Source of the DNA: Chrysomallon squamiferum
Lineage: Eukaryota > Animalia > Mollusca
NCBI GenBank assembly: GCA_012295275.1
Contig: CM022665.1
Location: forward strand, 25,544,001 to 25,608,000
DNA length: 64,000 nt
Reading direction: 5' to 3'
Shown here: piece by piece, positions 1 to 14,451 of the stretch
How positions within the stretch are numbered: the stretch's first letter is position 1
How the letters are laid out: the number at the start of each line of letters is the position of its first letter
Notes under the pieces: generated by a model
The model's database searches: none
Told to the model about the DNA's origin: nothing
Seen by the model: the letters and a program-made list of their open reading frames with translations, nothing else
Translations under genes and position numbers: made by a program

Positions 1-441
1 TAAAACGAAGATAGGTTGTCCAAGTTATGAAATCCCAGAGAATTAATGACTCGGTCATCCCCAGTAAATAAATAAATTAATAAAAATAGATAAGTAAATA
101 AATATTAAAACTGATAATTCAAAAACAAATAAGATAAAATAAATAAATACTATCATATAAATAATTAACTCGAATTACAAAAAGCAGGCAGGTTAATCCA
201 TGTTATGAAACTCCAAAGAATGAATAAATAATACAGAAAACACAAATAAATAAATAAACTAATTAATTAATTAATAAACAGGATAAAATATAAAATAATA
301 ATAATATAAGATAATTTGGTATAAATTAATAATTGATAAATAAATAAAATAAAATTATATGTAAATAAAATAAATTAAAATTATAAATAGTCCAAATGAT
401 GATGTCGATTAAGATGATGATGATATGAACTGAAACTTTAA

Positions 442-446
<5 letters not shown>

Positions 447-477
<31 letters not shown>

Positions 478-515
478 AATATGTATGTATGTATGTATGT
501 GTATGTATGTATGTA
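447..515. repeat. (TA)n + (TATG)n microsatellite
   Basis: Read directly from the sequence. Confidence 0.9.
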
Positions 516-1518
516 TTTATTTACTTTATAATCGATTATTATTGGGTGGAAGAAGAAAAAGAATGAATTTATACAAACACATTTATGTTATTTCATCTTT
601 GAATAACTTTAATAATAACAGTACATGTATTTAACATCTGTATTCAAAGCAGTAATGCCGCAGAGGACAACCCGAAAATACGTTGGTACATATTAAAGTG
701 TATGCATGGTATGACACTTGCCGTTGACTTGGGCATTGATACGAGAGAAAAAGTAATGTGCGTGTGTAAAAAGAATTATATTCAGAATCAAATGAGACGT
801 GTATGAAAAATATAATGTGACATATATAGTTTTAAATCTGGAAAAATCAGGTCTGTTTCTGGGAGTGAATATTTGCTCCTTTGCTTCTGAATGAACAAAT
901 AATGACCGAATCATATTTTTCCAAAGAAGACAATAATAATAGAAGAAAAAACTTTAAAATAATTAGCAAAAATTTAGTATAATAATTTTGACTTCATCCT
1001 TCTTTTCAATCATGTTCACGTTTTTATTTTATTATTTTATATGCATACATACATACACATATACATATACATTATATTACATTTTTAATTTTATTTTATA
1101 CATTATTATTATTATTTTTTATTTATTTATTATTATTATTTTTTTTTTTTTAGGTGTTTTATTTCTAATTTTTGTGTGGTCTTTTCACGTAGATTTATAT
1201 AGTTCAGGTGAGAGAACTGTAAATGTATTTGCATTATCTCCCCTCAGTATATGATAGAGGCAGCACCCACTTCCTTTTGGCATTTCAAGATCGTTCTGTG
1301 GAAGGAAGGACGTTCACACACAAAAAAGGTTTCAGTAGTTATTTATACATTTTTATGAAGATTGACAAACTGCTTTTGTTTAATTAAAATGCAGTAAAAA
1401 GAAAATGATAAATGGTTTATTCGCGTTTTTCAGCGATCTGACATTGTTAATAAAGTGAATCAAATGACTTAACCATGACCTGAGTACCGCAAGTCTTTTT
1501 TCTGAAACTCTCTGGACA

Positions 1519-1519
<1 letters not shown>

Positions 1520-1563
<44 letters not shown>
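1520..1563. repeat. (ATT)n microsatellite
   Basis: Read directly from the sequence. Confidence 0.9.
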
Positions 1564-2747
1564 GAGTTTGTACACATCACAGAGTTTCAGAAAATGTCCC
1601 TAAAAATGTCTTAATTCAAAAAGGTAGACTGCAAATATTTAATAATTCTTAGGCATTGGATATTTTACCGTGAATCGTTTTTACGTTTCTACGGCTATTT
1701 GGCCGTGAGTTGCGGTACAGCATGCGTAGTTGGTGTCTTTTTTTGTACTCAGAGATTTTATCAAAGCTATTTCGTTTGTTATTTTACTGTGAGAAACTTT
1801 GTTGCAGCATTGATTCACTGTATTGCTAGTTTTATTCATCTTTTGAAATGAATGGGTTGGACTGGCTCTGTGAGGCTACCAGTCATTAAAACTTAGTAAA
1901 TGAGACACTGCAATGCAAGGTGTGCACACATTGCACGAATGACTGTACTGTGAGGGTCACATGAATGTGTCCTTGCATAACATTAACATATTTTCTGTAC
2001 TTGCAAATTGTGTCTGTGCAGAACACTATTTTGTTTATGATTGAAAATGATGCCATTCACTATATCAGAGGGGTTGGGCACTGAGCAACATTCTTAAATT
2101 ATTGCTGCATTGCTACTTCAGTGCTGAATAGGTTATCTCAATAAAAACAAGAACTAACTGTGACATTTACTAAGAAGCTGTAATTTCAGGAGATGTTTCC
2201 ATATTGGAAACAGGTGAAAATCAACATTAATATTTTTTACCTTATTGATATGAATGTAATAATACAACCATAACATTTTATTGCTTAGTATGACCACTGA
2301 AATTTTCAGCTGTATGGAAAATTTCCTTAATACTGTATGTATTCAGATATATTATCAGTTCCTTGTATTTGGCATAAAACTGAAAATCGATGCATTTTTC
2401 ACCATTTGCGATGTTCACCATTTTAAATTACTAATTATTCCTTTCAATTTATTACAGACAAATTATCAGTAATGAAATACTGTCTTGATTAGCTGTGTAG
2501 CTAAATTATGTAAACTTCATTACAATAAAAGTAATATTATGATTCATACAGAGAGTGTTTTGTTCAGGATTTTCTGCAAACCATCTAACCAAACAACATG
2601 ATTTAAATAATAAAGAAAATATTCATAGCTGTATTATTTAATTTATTTCAGATACAATCCTTATTACATATGTATCATTACTAATACTTAAAAATCAAAA
2701 ATATATTTTAAAAAGGGTTATACAAATACTGGTTTCTGCACTCCTGC

Positions 2748-3035
2748 AACACAGTTCTACCAGTTTCCACCAGATGATATCAATAGTCAGCAGTAGCCAC
2801 ATATATTTTTTGCCCTTAGTATTTCATACTAGTATAAATAAATTATATATTGACAGAAAAAGCTGAATGACAAAGTTAAGGATTGTAATGTAACATAATC
2901 AGACATACATTCAGATAACAAATGTAAGCCAACAGCTGACAGTGGTAATGAAAGGAATGGTACAAGGAATCTCGAATTATGAAGTGGTTAAGATTTTTAC
3001 TTACAGGGTGTCATGGAAGCTGGTAGAACTGTGTT
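2748..3035. repeat. 22-bp inverted repeat pair, 244 nt apart
   Basis: AACACAGTTCTACCAGTTTCCA (2748-2769) versus TGGAAGCTGGTAGAACTGTGTT (3014-3035): 21/22 complementary, and the single mismatch is a G-U pair in plus-strand RNA. Confidence 0.8.
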
Positions 3036-3376
3036 ATATTTGAATATTGTCCTTTTAAGTGGTTGATAGTGTTGTATAACCAGCCCAGCCCACTTGTTTC
3101 AAAAGAAAAATGAAATGCAATTTACACAACACCACAATGCTGCTACTGATGTCTGGACAGTAAAATAGCTTCTTTATTATTTAGTTGGCAGTAGGTACCT
3201 TGGATAAGTATAATCACAGTAAATATTGAAAAAGATTGCTTTGGCAAAAATGCCAAGTAAAAAAAATGAAACAACTCCATACATTAATGGCCAAAGAGCT
3301 GTAGAAATGTAAAACTGGTTCACAGCAAAATATCCACTGCCTAATTGTTATTGACGTCACTGTCACTGTCACTGTC

Positions 3377-3424
3377 GTGTGTGTGTGTGTGTGTGTGTGT
3401 ATGTATATATATATATATATATAT
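3377..3424. repeat. (GT)n(TA)n compound microsatellite
   Basis: Read directly from the sequence. Confidence 0.9.
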
Positions 3425-6400
3425 TTAAATATATACATACATACACATACGAACAAAACCAAATTTTCTGATCCTTGTGATTGCTTGTGGCACTGCACTG
3501 TGGTAAGGAGACAGACCCAAACCATTGCTGAGTTATTCAGTTGGCATTCCTAGAAAATCTGATCTCAAATAAAAAGGGGGTAAAAAAGTAAGAGAAATAT
3601 AATATAAATAATAATAACAGTAATAATGTAAAAAGTGAAATACGGGTACTTGTAAACATAATAAACATTCCGATGTGCAACCTAGTCAGATTTAATTCAG
3701 TATCCTCTGTTCACTGTCTGTTGCAATGTAAAGTATTATTAATGAAATACAGAGTCAATTTACCTGTGATTTGATCCTTTTTTAAATTTAAACCTTTTGA
3801 TTTTTCAGATGCTTTCCTCAGGCCAGCCAATGAAATATCCTTACACTGTGTCTGCTAAACTTTCACAGTTTCCATATAAATGGATGTGGGCAAACTCGAG
3901 GTTCCTTAGATATTTATCATATTCACTGATTGTCACCTTTCCAATTTATCTATCAATACATAAAGCTGGTAAGGCTCTTTGTATAGTAATAGTACTAGTT
4001 TTGAAATGTTTTAACCCAGAGCTATTTATGTGAGAGAGAGAATGCATGTACATGTGAATGAAAGGAAGAAAGAAAGATATATATATATATGTGTGTGTAC
4101 AGTATCTTGAAAACATGAAGATAATCATACTCGTACTGAGTAAAACATTAATGACTAAATAAAAAAGAAAACAAGTCACAAGAAATGTAAAACAAATTAG
4201 ACTTCTGTTTTGATACAGTTATTTGTCTGTTTTCATATTGTAAAGAGATTACATATTTTAATAATATTTAGCAGCAGCAGAAATATATTTCAAAGACTAC
4301 AAAAAATTATTAAAAAAACTAATTTGCTGTTCAAATTTTAAAAGATTAAAATGATTAGAAGGCAAGAAATATAGTAAAAACATTGTTATAGTAAAGTACA
4401 AACTTGCACAAATGCTGAATAAACTTAATATAAACTTAATTTTCAGCAAATTCACCTGGAAATGTTACCAAATGGACTCAAATCAGAGAGGCTAGAAAAC
4501 GTAAGTACTGGATAATATTCCTTTCTGATATCTGCAATATTTTCATTATTATTAGCTGTCCTGTTCAGAAAGGTTACTGGTAGTCCTAAGTTTTGATTAA
4601 AAACAAATCAAAGTTAAAATTTAATTTGATGGCCTTGAAAAAAGAAAGAAAAAGGCAGCAGCAGTATATTTAAATACTATAATGTTTTGTTTATAAATGT
4701 TTTTGTTGTCTTTAATTTTTATTAAAAATGTATTTATTTAGATAACTTTAATGCAGTTGAGAACTGGGCTTGTTTGATTATATGTTTGTTTAAATTACTG
4801 AAATAAAAATTATTTTGTGGGTGATCTTTCAGTTTGTCAAATTTTGTTTTAAATAACAAAATAAAGGTGATTTAATATATGTTTATCACAATAATTAAAT
4901 TCATTTATCATCATTATAAAAATAAACTAAAATATATACAGATTTAAACATTAATTTTTTATATATTTTTTCCAGATTCACATTTTGAACCAGTTCATTA
5001 GTGTGATTTAGTACAAAACTCTTCAGTCTAGATGCTGGATGTCTGTTTGAAAACATAGTGACAATTTGGGATTATATTAATACCCCTACAACATTTGCAG
5101 TGTATACAATTTTAAATATCGATAAATAAATGACAAATTACTGAAACAATTTGTTTTTGTGTTCAGTTTATCAGTATAATACCGTACAGAATGCATGAGA
5201 AATATTAAAATAGAGATTAACTATACTCATTTATTTTGTAATTGCACTATATTTGGAATACTAACAGGTAATAAATTTAGTGCTAATGTTCTAAGCCATT
5301 CTTAAATAGTGACCATAGACAAAAGTTTGCTGAACTGTAATTAAAAAAAAAAAACCCAGGTTTAACAGTAAAACAACAAATTCAAGACCATTTTTCTTGG
5401 TTATGAATTGTTTTGAACAGCTGGAAATATCAATAAATATTTAGAAGTAGAATAAAATTGATATATATCAATTTTGTCGTTTGATCAAAAGTTATTTTTG
5501 AAACTCAACTAATATTAATATTTAATACTGCAGATAATTTCCACATTGATAATAAAAACTATTATATTTATTTTTTGAATAAAGAAATTTCAGAATGTGA
5601 TAATATTTTCTTCTAAAGCCTGTAATCATATAGCTATCTGTCTTAAGTGAACTATTTCTTGAGGGCATGTAAACAAATTTGTCAGGAGTATAATTAAACT
5701 TGTCAGTAAAATAGAAAACTGATTTTTCACATTAATCAGTCAAAAAAGAAAGGTAATAGTTACTCTTCTGTTTTTATCCTAGTTCTCAACATGAAACTTA
5801 ATTCATTAAATATTTCTTTTCATTATATGCTTTGTGAAAATATCATGGGATGGATGCATTCTGAATGGGGTAAACTGCTAATTAGCATATTTAAACTTGC
5901 TTTAAAAAAAGGTGGGGGAAGGTAAGATGTAGCTGCAGAACTGTTTAAGAAAAGGTTGCATTTTCAACAACATATCCCTGAAAAATGTTTGTTTTTTTCC
6001 CCCATCAGGTAATAATGATTTTTTTTATTTTTTTTCTTATCTAAAAGATATTTCTTTAAATATTTATGAAATTTTAAATAACAATAACAAACAACAATAT
6101 AGTTAAATGATTTATTTACTAAAATTATATTGGTTTATGGTTTGGTGCACAATATACAAATTTTGTATTAAGAACAATTTCACTAAAAATGTGAACATTA
6201 CTTCATATTTTGCCAACTACATAATTAAAATGTATTGTAACAAAAGTGTTAGGGAATAAAACTGCATGCTGACGTATTAACATTAAAACTGCATTCTCTG
6301 AACACATTTTTCTTCTTGTCAGCAGATTTAACAAAGTCAATTATGCATGTTGAAACTCTTTAAGGAATGCATGCATAATTTCTATGGATCGCAACTGAAT

Positions 6401-9400
6401 TCTTATCGGTTTATTAAAAAACGGGTGTACAAGTAATATATACACAATATCTGTATGAACAACAAAAACTTTTTAAAATGTGGCTGTTACAAAATGTTTC
6501 TTTATGTTATGATTTCAAGTAAAACAAAAAAGTGTTTTTAAGGTTCTGGAATGAACTGTCCAATGAATAATGTATCAGAATATTAACTACAACATTAAAG
6601 TAATGAAAGAACAATACACGTACAATTAGACTAGTATAAATGAAGTTTTTTAAAAATGTGGTGAAATTGATTTGGAAAATTACAACAAATTTATTACAAA
6701 ATAACAGGAAAATTATCTCTTGAAATAAATATTACTACCTAAATCAATAAAAAAAATTGTAAATTATGTACAGTAAATGTAAGTAACAGAAGAAAAATAT
6801 TTTGTGGCTATTTAAGTCAGAATATCCGTTTCAAACATTTAACAAATAAAACAAATTAAAAGAAAAAAAAATTATTTATATTCTTGTTAAATAAAATCTA
6901 AAATTAAGTAGTTACTAGAAAACTAAACAAATACAAAATTCTGTGTGGGCTAATATTACAAAGCTCAAAATGATTAAACAATAAAACCCCTGAGATGAAA
7001 ATGATTAGATTAAAACAATGAAAACTTCACTATGTACAATGAAAAACTGAAGAAAAATACCCAAAATGTATTAAGAATGTACTATTATTTTCAAAGGGGA
7101 AGAAAAGAATATCATCAAAAACTATGAATCTGTACAAAATTGATGTATCCAATCTATAACATGCACAACACCTCACTGATACATTAAAATAATATTTTTG
7201 ACTACAGAAAACTGTGTTTTCTTTAAATCAGAAAAAACCCAGTAATAATACTACTACTACTACTACTAATAATAATAATAAAGAAATAAGTTTAGAATCC
7301 CTTTTGTAATTATGAATATTTATACATAAAATTCATAGAAAATAAAAAAACAAAAACAAAATTTTACTTTTAGCATATATGAGCCAAACACTTGCTGTGA
7401 AATTTTTTCTTTTTTAAATAAAATAATAAATAAAAAAACTAAAAAAAATTTAATATATATATATACACACATAAAATCATTTACATGGTGTACTCATTAA
7501 ACAGTGAAAACAGCAAATACATGTAAAATTATATTAAGAGCATGCATACTGGCCAGGTGAATAACAGAAAACAATTTTTTTTTTTTTTTTTTTTAAATTA
7601 TTATTTCCACACATACATTATTATAAATATTAACACTTAAAAATATGAAAACATCTTTTCAGTGGCAAGACAAACATAGATCACAAATAAAAACATTTAT
7701 GTCATCAGTCTAGTCTAAATTTTATGTATGAGGAAAGCAGTATGTTAATGACAGGTATAATACCTGCATATCTTAATATATAATTAGTGGTTTTCTTTTT
7801 CTTTATTTTTTTAATTTGTAAAAAATGTAAGTAGATTTATTTGAAAACAGTCCACATTCTAACAATAGCAAACACCCATCCCATGATATGGTCTGTAACA
7901 GCTGAATATAATACTAATACACTAAGTTTATTTTTTTTACTATTATTTATTTATTTTTTTAAACAGATTGTTTCAAGCATTGTAATTTTTGTAATGTCTT
8001 GTTCTAATAGCAGTTAGATGAAAATGGAAAAAAATTATCTTCTGAGATTAACAACAGTACAAAAAAAATAAAATAAATAATAATAAATAAATAAAATAAA
8101 AAAAACAACATAAATAATAATAATAATAATCTTCCTGTGATTTCATTAACAATTTTTTTTCACAATACGGAATGAGTAATACTGTGTCAAAGATCTTTTT
8201 TAAAAAGAAAAGAATAAAGAAATACTTGGAAAAAAGTTACTGAGCAAGAATATACATACATACTTAAGTATGTAATGGTCAAAAAGATTTCTTGGGTGAG
8301 CTTTGTGTGTCTCACACAAATCCTGTAACTTATAAATGTTACAGCAATGCAATTAACGTAATTCCATCATTCACTTTTTTGCATATTTAAGTATAATAAC
8401 ATTGTAATCTCTCATTTAATGTTAAAAATATTCATTTTTTTTTATCTCCCTACCCCATAAATCTTTTTTAAAAATTCAATAAAGAAAAAGGAATTGGTAC
8501 AAAACATTTGTTTACTTATTTATAAAAAAATTGGAACACTTAGATCATTAAAAATTCACAAGAAATGTAACAGTAAAATTCCAAAATACAATAGTTCATC
8601 ATCAACAAAGCTGAATATACAACTGTTGTGGAATGTGGCTCTTTGAAAAAATGTGTGATAAACCATTGTCAGAATGACACTGTATTCACAGTCTGAACTG
8701 GGACAAATGTCAAGAACAATTCATTTTTTTTGTCCATCAGACTTTGTTTTGCTTATTTTTTCTAAATATTCTTTAATGTCTACCTATAATTAAAAGGTTA
8801 CTGAATGCAAGATTACATTACATTAGCAATATAACTTTATTCAGTTAAAACAAATATATATATATTGTTCATTTAAAACAATGAACATACTATTTGCAGT
8901 TAATTACCTTATTTTATATATACATATAAAATTCAGACTGTCTAAACCTTTTATTGAAACAACTTTAAAAAAAAAAAAAAATTATACTGTATTATGAATA
9001 TTAGACATCACAATGTGCCACAGAAAAAATCTGTTATTTGAGTATTTACTGGTTAGGATAACAGAATGTTTATTTTCTAGTCACAGTGACAGTCACCTAT
9101 TTCTAGTCTAAATTATTCATCAGCTCTAATAATTACAAATAGATTTACAAGAGTGTGAAATATTAACTCTAATTATGATTATTTGTTGCATAATGTTTTC
9201 TATTTACATATTCAACTCCAAACAACTTCTGTTCATATAAAAGTTGATCTTACCACTTTAAAAAACATTTGCATAAATTTATCATAGCACCAAAAATCTT
9301 TATCTTTAAGCCATATTTTAAAATACCAAAATAATAATCAGTTAAGTTGGACTCTGATTTTTCTATAATCATTAAAACATATATCTGTGTGTGTCTGTAT

Positions 9401-10177
9401 AGACTTGTGCTAGAAATACCAGCAAAATGAGACATTTCCTTCATTCAAAACATTTATATCAAGGCAAGAAAATCATCAGAACAAAGTAAAATTGGAAATT
9501 AATGTATATATATATATATAATTATGATAATGTCATAACTATACTAGAAGATTTGGAAGCAGTGTGTTTTTTTTTCTCCAGTTATTTAGTTACAGTATGT
9601 ATATATGTATGATTTAAAATTTGTAAAGAAGCTGATATATAAAAAAAGGTTCTTATTGCACAACTTTTTTTTAAATTTTAGAACAATAAAATTAAAGATA
9701 AAATTATTATTATTATTTTAATTTTAAACTACACCTCTCAAAAAGTCCACAAAATGCCCTTTCAGAACAGTAGTTAACATTTAAGTTTAAGAAAAGTATG
9801 ACAGTATGTATTTATAGAACATAAAAAGTCAAGAAGCTCTTGTAACATAAACTGTCATTATTGCACTACATGGCATGGTTTAATATTTTACAAGTACAAA
9901 ATATGATATGCTAATATAAAACAATGTGCAACATTCAGAAGAGAGAGTTGTGCTATCAAATATATTTTTTCTCAAACATTTTCAAATCTCTTCTTTCTTT
10001 TTGTTCAGTATTAAAACAAAAATGTATTTCAAAAAAACTACTTTAAAACATTACGTCATTAAATCTGAAAATAAAACTGATTTTTGTTGGTTATTCTTAG
10101 TTGTTTTTTTTACCATGTAAAATGCTGCTTTATTTTCAATCACAAATTCATTGTAGATCACATTATGAAGATCGTGT

Positions 10178-10301
10178 TTAATCAGTATGGTCCTGGAAGA
10201 TTAGTTTTACATATCCTGGGTCAGTCAATGGTGTGGCACAGAAGGGGCAGATGGCACGGAAACCATGACAACCATGAGGCACCGTCACCCTACACCAGTA
10301 C
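10178..10301 (-). CDS. Peli: Pellino terminal exon 10
   Basis: YWCRVTVPHGCHGFRAICPFCATPLTDPGYVKLIFQDHTD*, TAA at 10180-10178. Confidence 0.95.
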
Positions 10302-13138
10302 CTGAATACATATACAAAAATAATTATATGTAAAAAAGAATGTCTAAATCAGTAAATGCTATCTTCCTGTTCTTTATTCTTTTCACAAAAATATCACCCC
10401 CAAAAAACAAAAACAAAACATAATTATTAGAAAACAGCATAAAATGGTAATATCCTTTATAAGTTATTTCAACATTAAAACAAGTAACATGTTTATTAAG
10501 GTATTAGAATTTTTTTTTTAATAAAAATAACAATTTTATTCAAAAGTTAAATATTCTAGTTTTCTGTCATAAAATAAAAATGTATCCTGTTCATTTAAAT
10601 GCACTGAAACTGTCAATTGAAGTTTAATAGTTATATAATTGTTATTACGTACAAGAAAGCCTGTTTCCATTACCTGACAGAATTTTCTGAAGCTACATGA
10701 CCACATGGACTGAAACAGTAGGTAGGTGAGTCAGAATCCACATATAAACTTAGTTCACAGCCAATTTCAAGCTTCACAAAAGGTCCAACCTGCAGAAACA
10801 AATAATAATCTAGTGAAAAATTCATAACATTTAATATTATCACTTTAATTCTCAACTTTACTTAAACAAGTAACCAAATAATTAACATCCTACATACACA
10901 AAAACAACATCTCATGTTAACATTAGATCAATATTACTGATTATGATTAAAACTATTTGCTGGAAACTAATCTGTATTAACAACTGCAGGATTCTTTGTT
11001 AATATCAATTGTTTTTTTTTTTTTTTTAATCTCATCATACAAGTATGTAGCCTTGAGCTGTAGTTACTTGGTTAACAAGCTATGCTCAGATTGGGCTTTA
11101 TCTTTATTATAATCCCCAAAAGCAAGTACTATTATTCAGAAGTATCATAGGAAACACAAATTAAAACGTGCACAAAATTACACTGACACACCTCTAGGCA
11201 TAATGGACACTTGCGACTGGATTCAGAAGTTTGTCCCCATTCATGTTTGCCATGTACATGTCCACATTTGAGGTAGACATAAGGCTGTCTGTCACGGAGG
11301 TTCAAGGATCCTCGAGTTGGTAAAACCAAAGTGTTTAAGCCAACTGGACATTGAGGTCGACCAGCATTGATTTCATGAACCATAACTTGAAATTCGTGTT
11401 CACTCTGTAAGATGAAAATAACAATTACTTAAAATAATGTGTGAGGACAGATGTACTTCAATTCCCCAGAAACAAAATTATTTAGTTTACACATTTATCT
11501 AACATCATCAAAAACAATTAACATTAAAACTAATGTCTTACCTAGAGGTGAAAACAGTAAGCTTAAGCTGATTTTCAAACTAAATTTGCAGAAATATTAT
11601 TTATTTTTGTGGAGTAATGTAAAAATAAACTAAGTTATTTAAAACTTTAAACATAAACAAAATCCAAGTTAAAAAAACACATATTTTCTGTTTTAAGATG
11701 ATAATTTTTCGACTACTGTTGATATACAAAAGAAATGTGTCATACTTACTGGTGAAGTTATTAGACCTAAAGCTGTCCTCCAGACCAAAGTTGCCCCACA
11801 AAGATCTATTAGTGTGCCATCTCTCAAAATATTATCTTCCTCTAATATCTGAAATCATAAACACTTTGTAATTAAATAAAATGAAATTATAGTACCTTTG
11901 TTACACAATTACAAATATTACAAAAAAGATGTTCCTTAAATTCCTCCATTCTCTTTCATATAGTAACTTGATTCTGTATTTGTCCAAAATTTACAGATCC
12001 AACATATCAGAAGAAATCAGCAGAGTTAAGACTGAAGCTATTGTTTAAATGCTACACTTCTACAGATCATTTATCTCACTCCCAGTTAAATAACACACAT
12101 TATTATAGATTACCTGACAACTCTTAAGTGGGGATGGTCTGGATTCTCTAAGTGGGAAGATGCCCCCATCAACTGACACCTCTCTCCACACATTTGGCCT
12201 TGCTGATGGGCTGAATCCACCTTGTGGCTGCATTATGAAGACTCCATTTGTAGTCAGTCCATCTATCTCATCTCCTGAGTGCCATTTGACAGCTTTCTCC
12301 TAAAATAATATTAAACAAATAAAAATAATAATGATGATGACAAAAATATTTAAAATTTTTAAAATATGAATAAAATTGCTATACTTTTTCAAAAATGTTT
12401 ATTTAAAGCAAACACGAGGAATTTAGATGTTGATATTTTTTGTCAAAACTTTTAAATTAAAAAATATTATTTCTTCAGAAATATTGTATTTTACTTTAAG
12501 AATTCAATAAGTTTTTAATATTCATTCTAGAAAAAAAGTACAATTCGCCATATGTTTAAATAATCTAATTATAACATTCTTTTGTTATTTCTTTTTTTTA
12601 ATTGACAATTCGTATCATAGAATTTTAGAAGCCCAGTAAAACTCACTCCTAGAAATATATTCTTCCCTGAATCAAAGCCTGCTGCATATATTTTAGCTGT
12701 GTATGGTGGATTTCTGTCAATAATAATACGACAAGCAAACCGGGAAATTGTGCTCTGCGTAACATTTTCACTTGTAGTCCTCAAATGGCCAGGAATGGTA
12801 TCCATGACAACAAAGTCAATTGGATGTTCAGATGAGCGGCCAATCTGGAAAAAAAGATATAATATGAATATAAGACAGATTCTGGTAATTTATAAATAAC
12901 ATGAACCATTTATATCCCATTAATAAAAAATAAAATCTTATATCTTAGCAAACTTAAAAATGGCAAAATGACAAAGGAATTTTGCATTACACAGTTAGTA
13001 TTCTGTAACAAATAACAAAAATGTTTTGTAATTGACCAACATATTTTATTGAAAGACTAAGAAAAATATGAATAGGTTTTCAAATTAACTGAATGTTAAC
13101 AAGTAACAAAATTGGTAAAAAAAAAAAAAAAAAAAAAA

Positions 13139-13173
<35 letters not shown>

Positions 13174-14387
13174 AATAAACCATTATATATTAATGACTGA
13201 CTGACAAGTTAATCTAATTGAAATTATTATTATTTTAAATTTTAAATTTTTTTTTTGCTCTAACTTACCTGAAACATGTCAGTGTCGTCATCAGGTTTGT
13301 ACTCAACTACAACAGCCTTGTTGCGAGACAGTGTGTATGATACAGAATGCTGTTCACTGTCCTGTACTGCCTACAGTAACAAAATTATACCACATCCTTT
13401 ATAAACAAAACTAGACTTGTTTATTATAAAACACATATTCTGTAATAATAATTGATAACAAACAGCTACACATGCATTTGGCAATAAAATAAATAGTGCA
13501 GAATAATCAATTTACTGTCAATGAAATGTTTATTTAACAATGCATCAGTATATTTTTTTTAATGTGTTAAATACATGTTGATCATTTTGTTACTTTCAGA
13601 TAATTCGTAAGTGCATTAGTATTTTTTAAGTTATTATTATTATCATTTTTGGGAATGTATACCTGTTGGAATAATTCAGGTTTTCAAGCCTATTTTTATG
13701 TTACTACATTTACATAAGCTTAATTACCAATTATTTTAATAGATCTAACAAGGAAATAGGTCTTATGAAAAATGAAAAATATAATTACAAATCTGGTTAC
13801 CTTGGATGACTGTGGACTAACTACTAAGTGTTTTCTAAAAGGCTTGACACCATTAGCTCGTGTTCTTTTTCGTAAAATATATTTGCTGCGTCGCCTCCCT
13901 TTATCTCCACTTGTGAGGTGACCATTGTATCTACAACACAACAAAGAAATTAAAAACAAAGAGTTTATGACATAGAAAACATAATGTGATTTTGTTATTA
14001 TTATTATTAATATTAAAGTAACTAATATATCATCACCAGCTGCTGACATACAAAAGCCTGCTGGCTACAGAGATAAGAAATTTTCATGAAAAAAAAGAGA
14101 ATTTAAACACTTGTGAAAAGTGCCTGCAGCATTAATAAACATATATTTGATCTCGGACTTTTTAAAACAAAACCAGACAAAAAAAAAAAAAATATTAATA
14201 TTTAAATATATAAATATGTATTTGAACAAACAACAAAAACAAAAGTGTTTGTTAAGAATAAATATACAAAAGTGTTTAAAAAAACACCAAAAATCCCTAA
14301 ATATATGTTGTTGTTTTTTTTCTTTAAATATATTGTGAAAAGATGCACAGAACAAAAATGTTACTAAAGTGAAAGCAGGTTGACAGG

Positions 14388-14451
<64 letters not shown>

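Noticed and set aside
395-435. ATGATGA...CTGA resembling C/D snoRNA boxes
   Set aside because: Part of a (GAT)n low-complexity tract, too short, with no terminal stem or guide sequence.
1208-1247. GTGAGA...CCCTCAG mini-intron
   Set aside because: At 40 nt it is shorter than any real intron here (the smallest reconstructed is 242 nt), and the spliced product has no recognisable homology.
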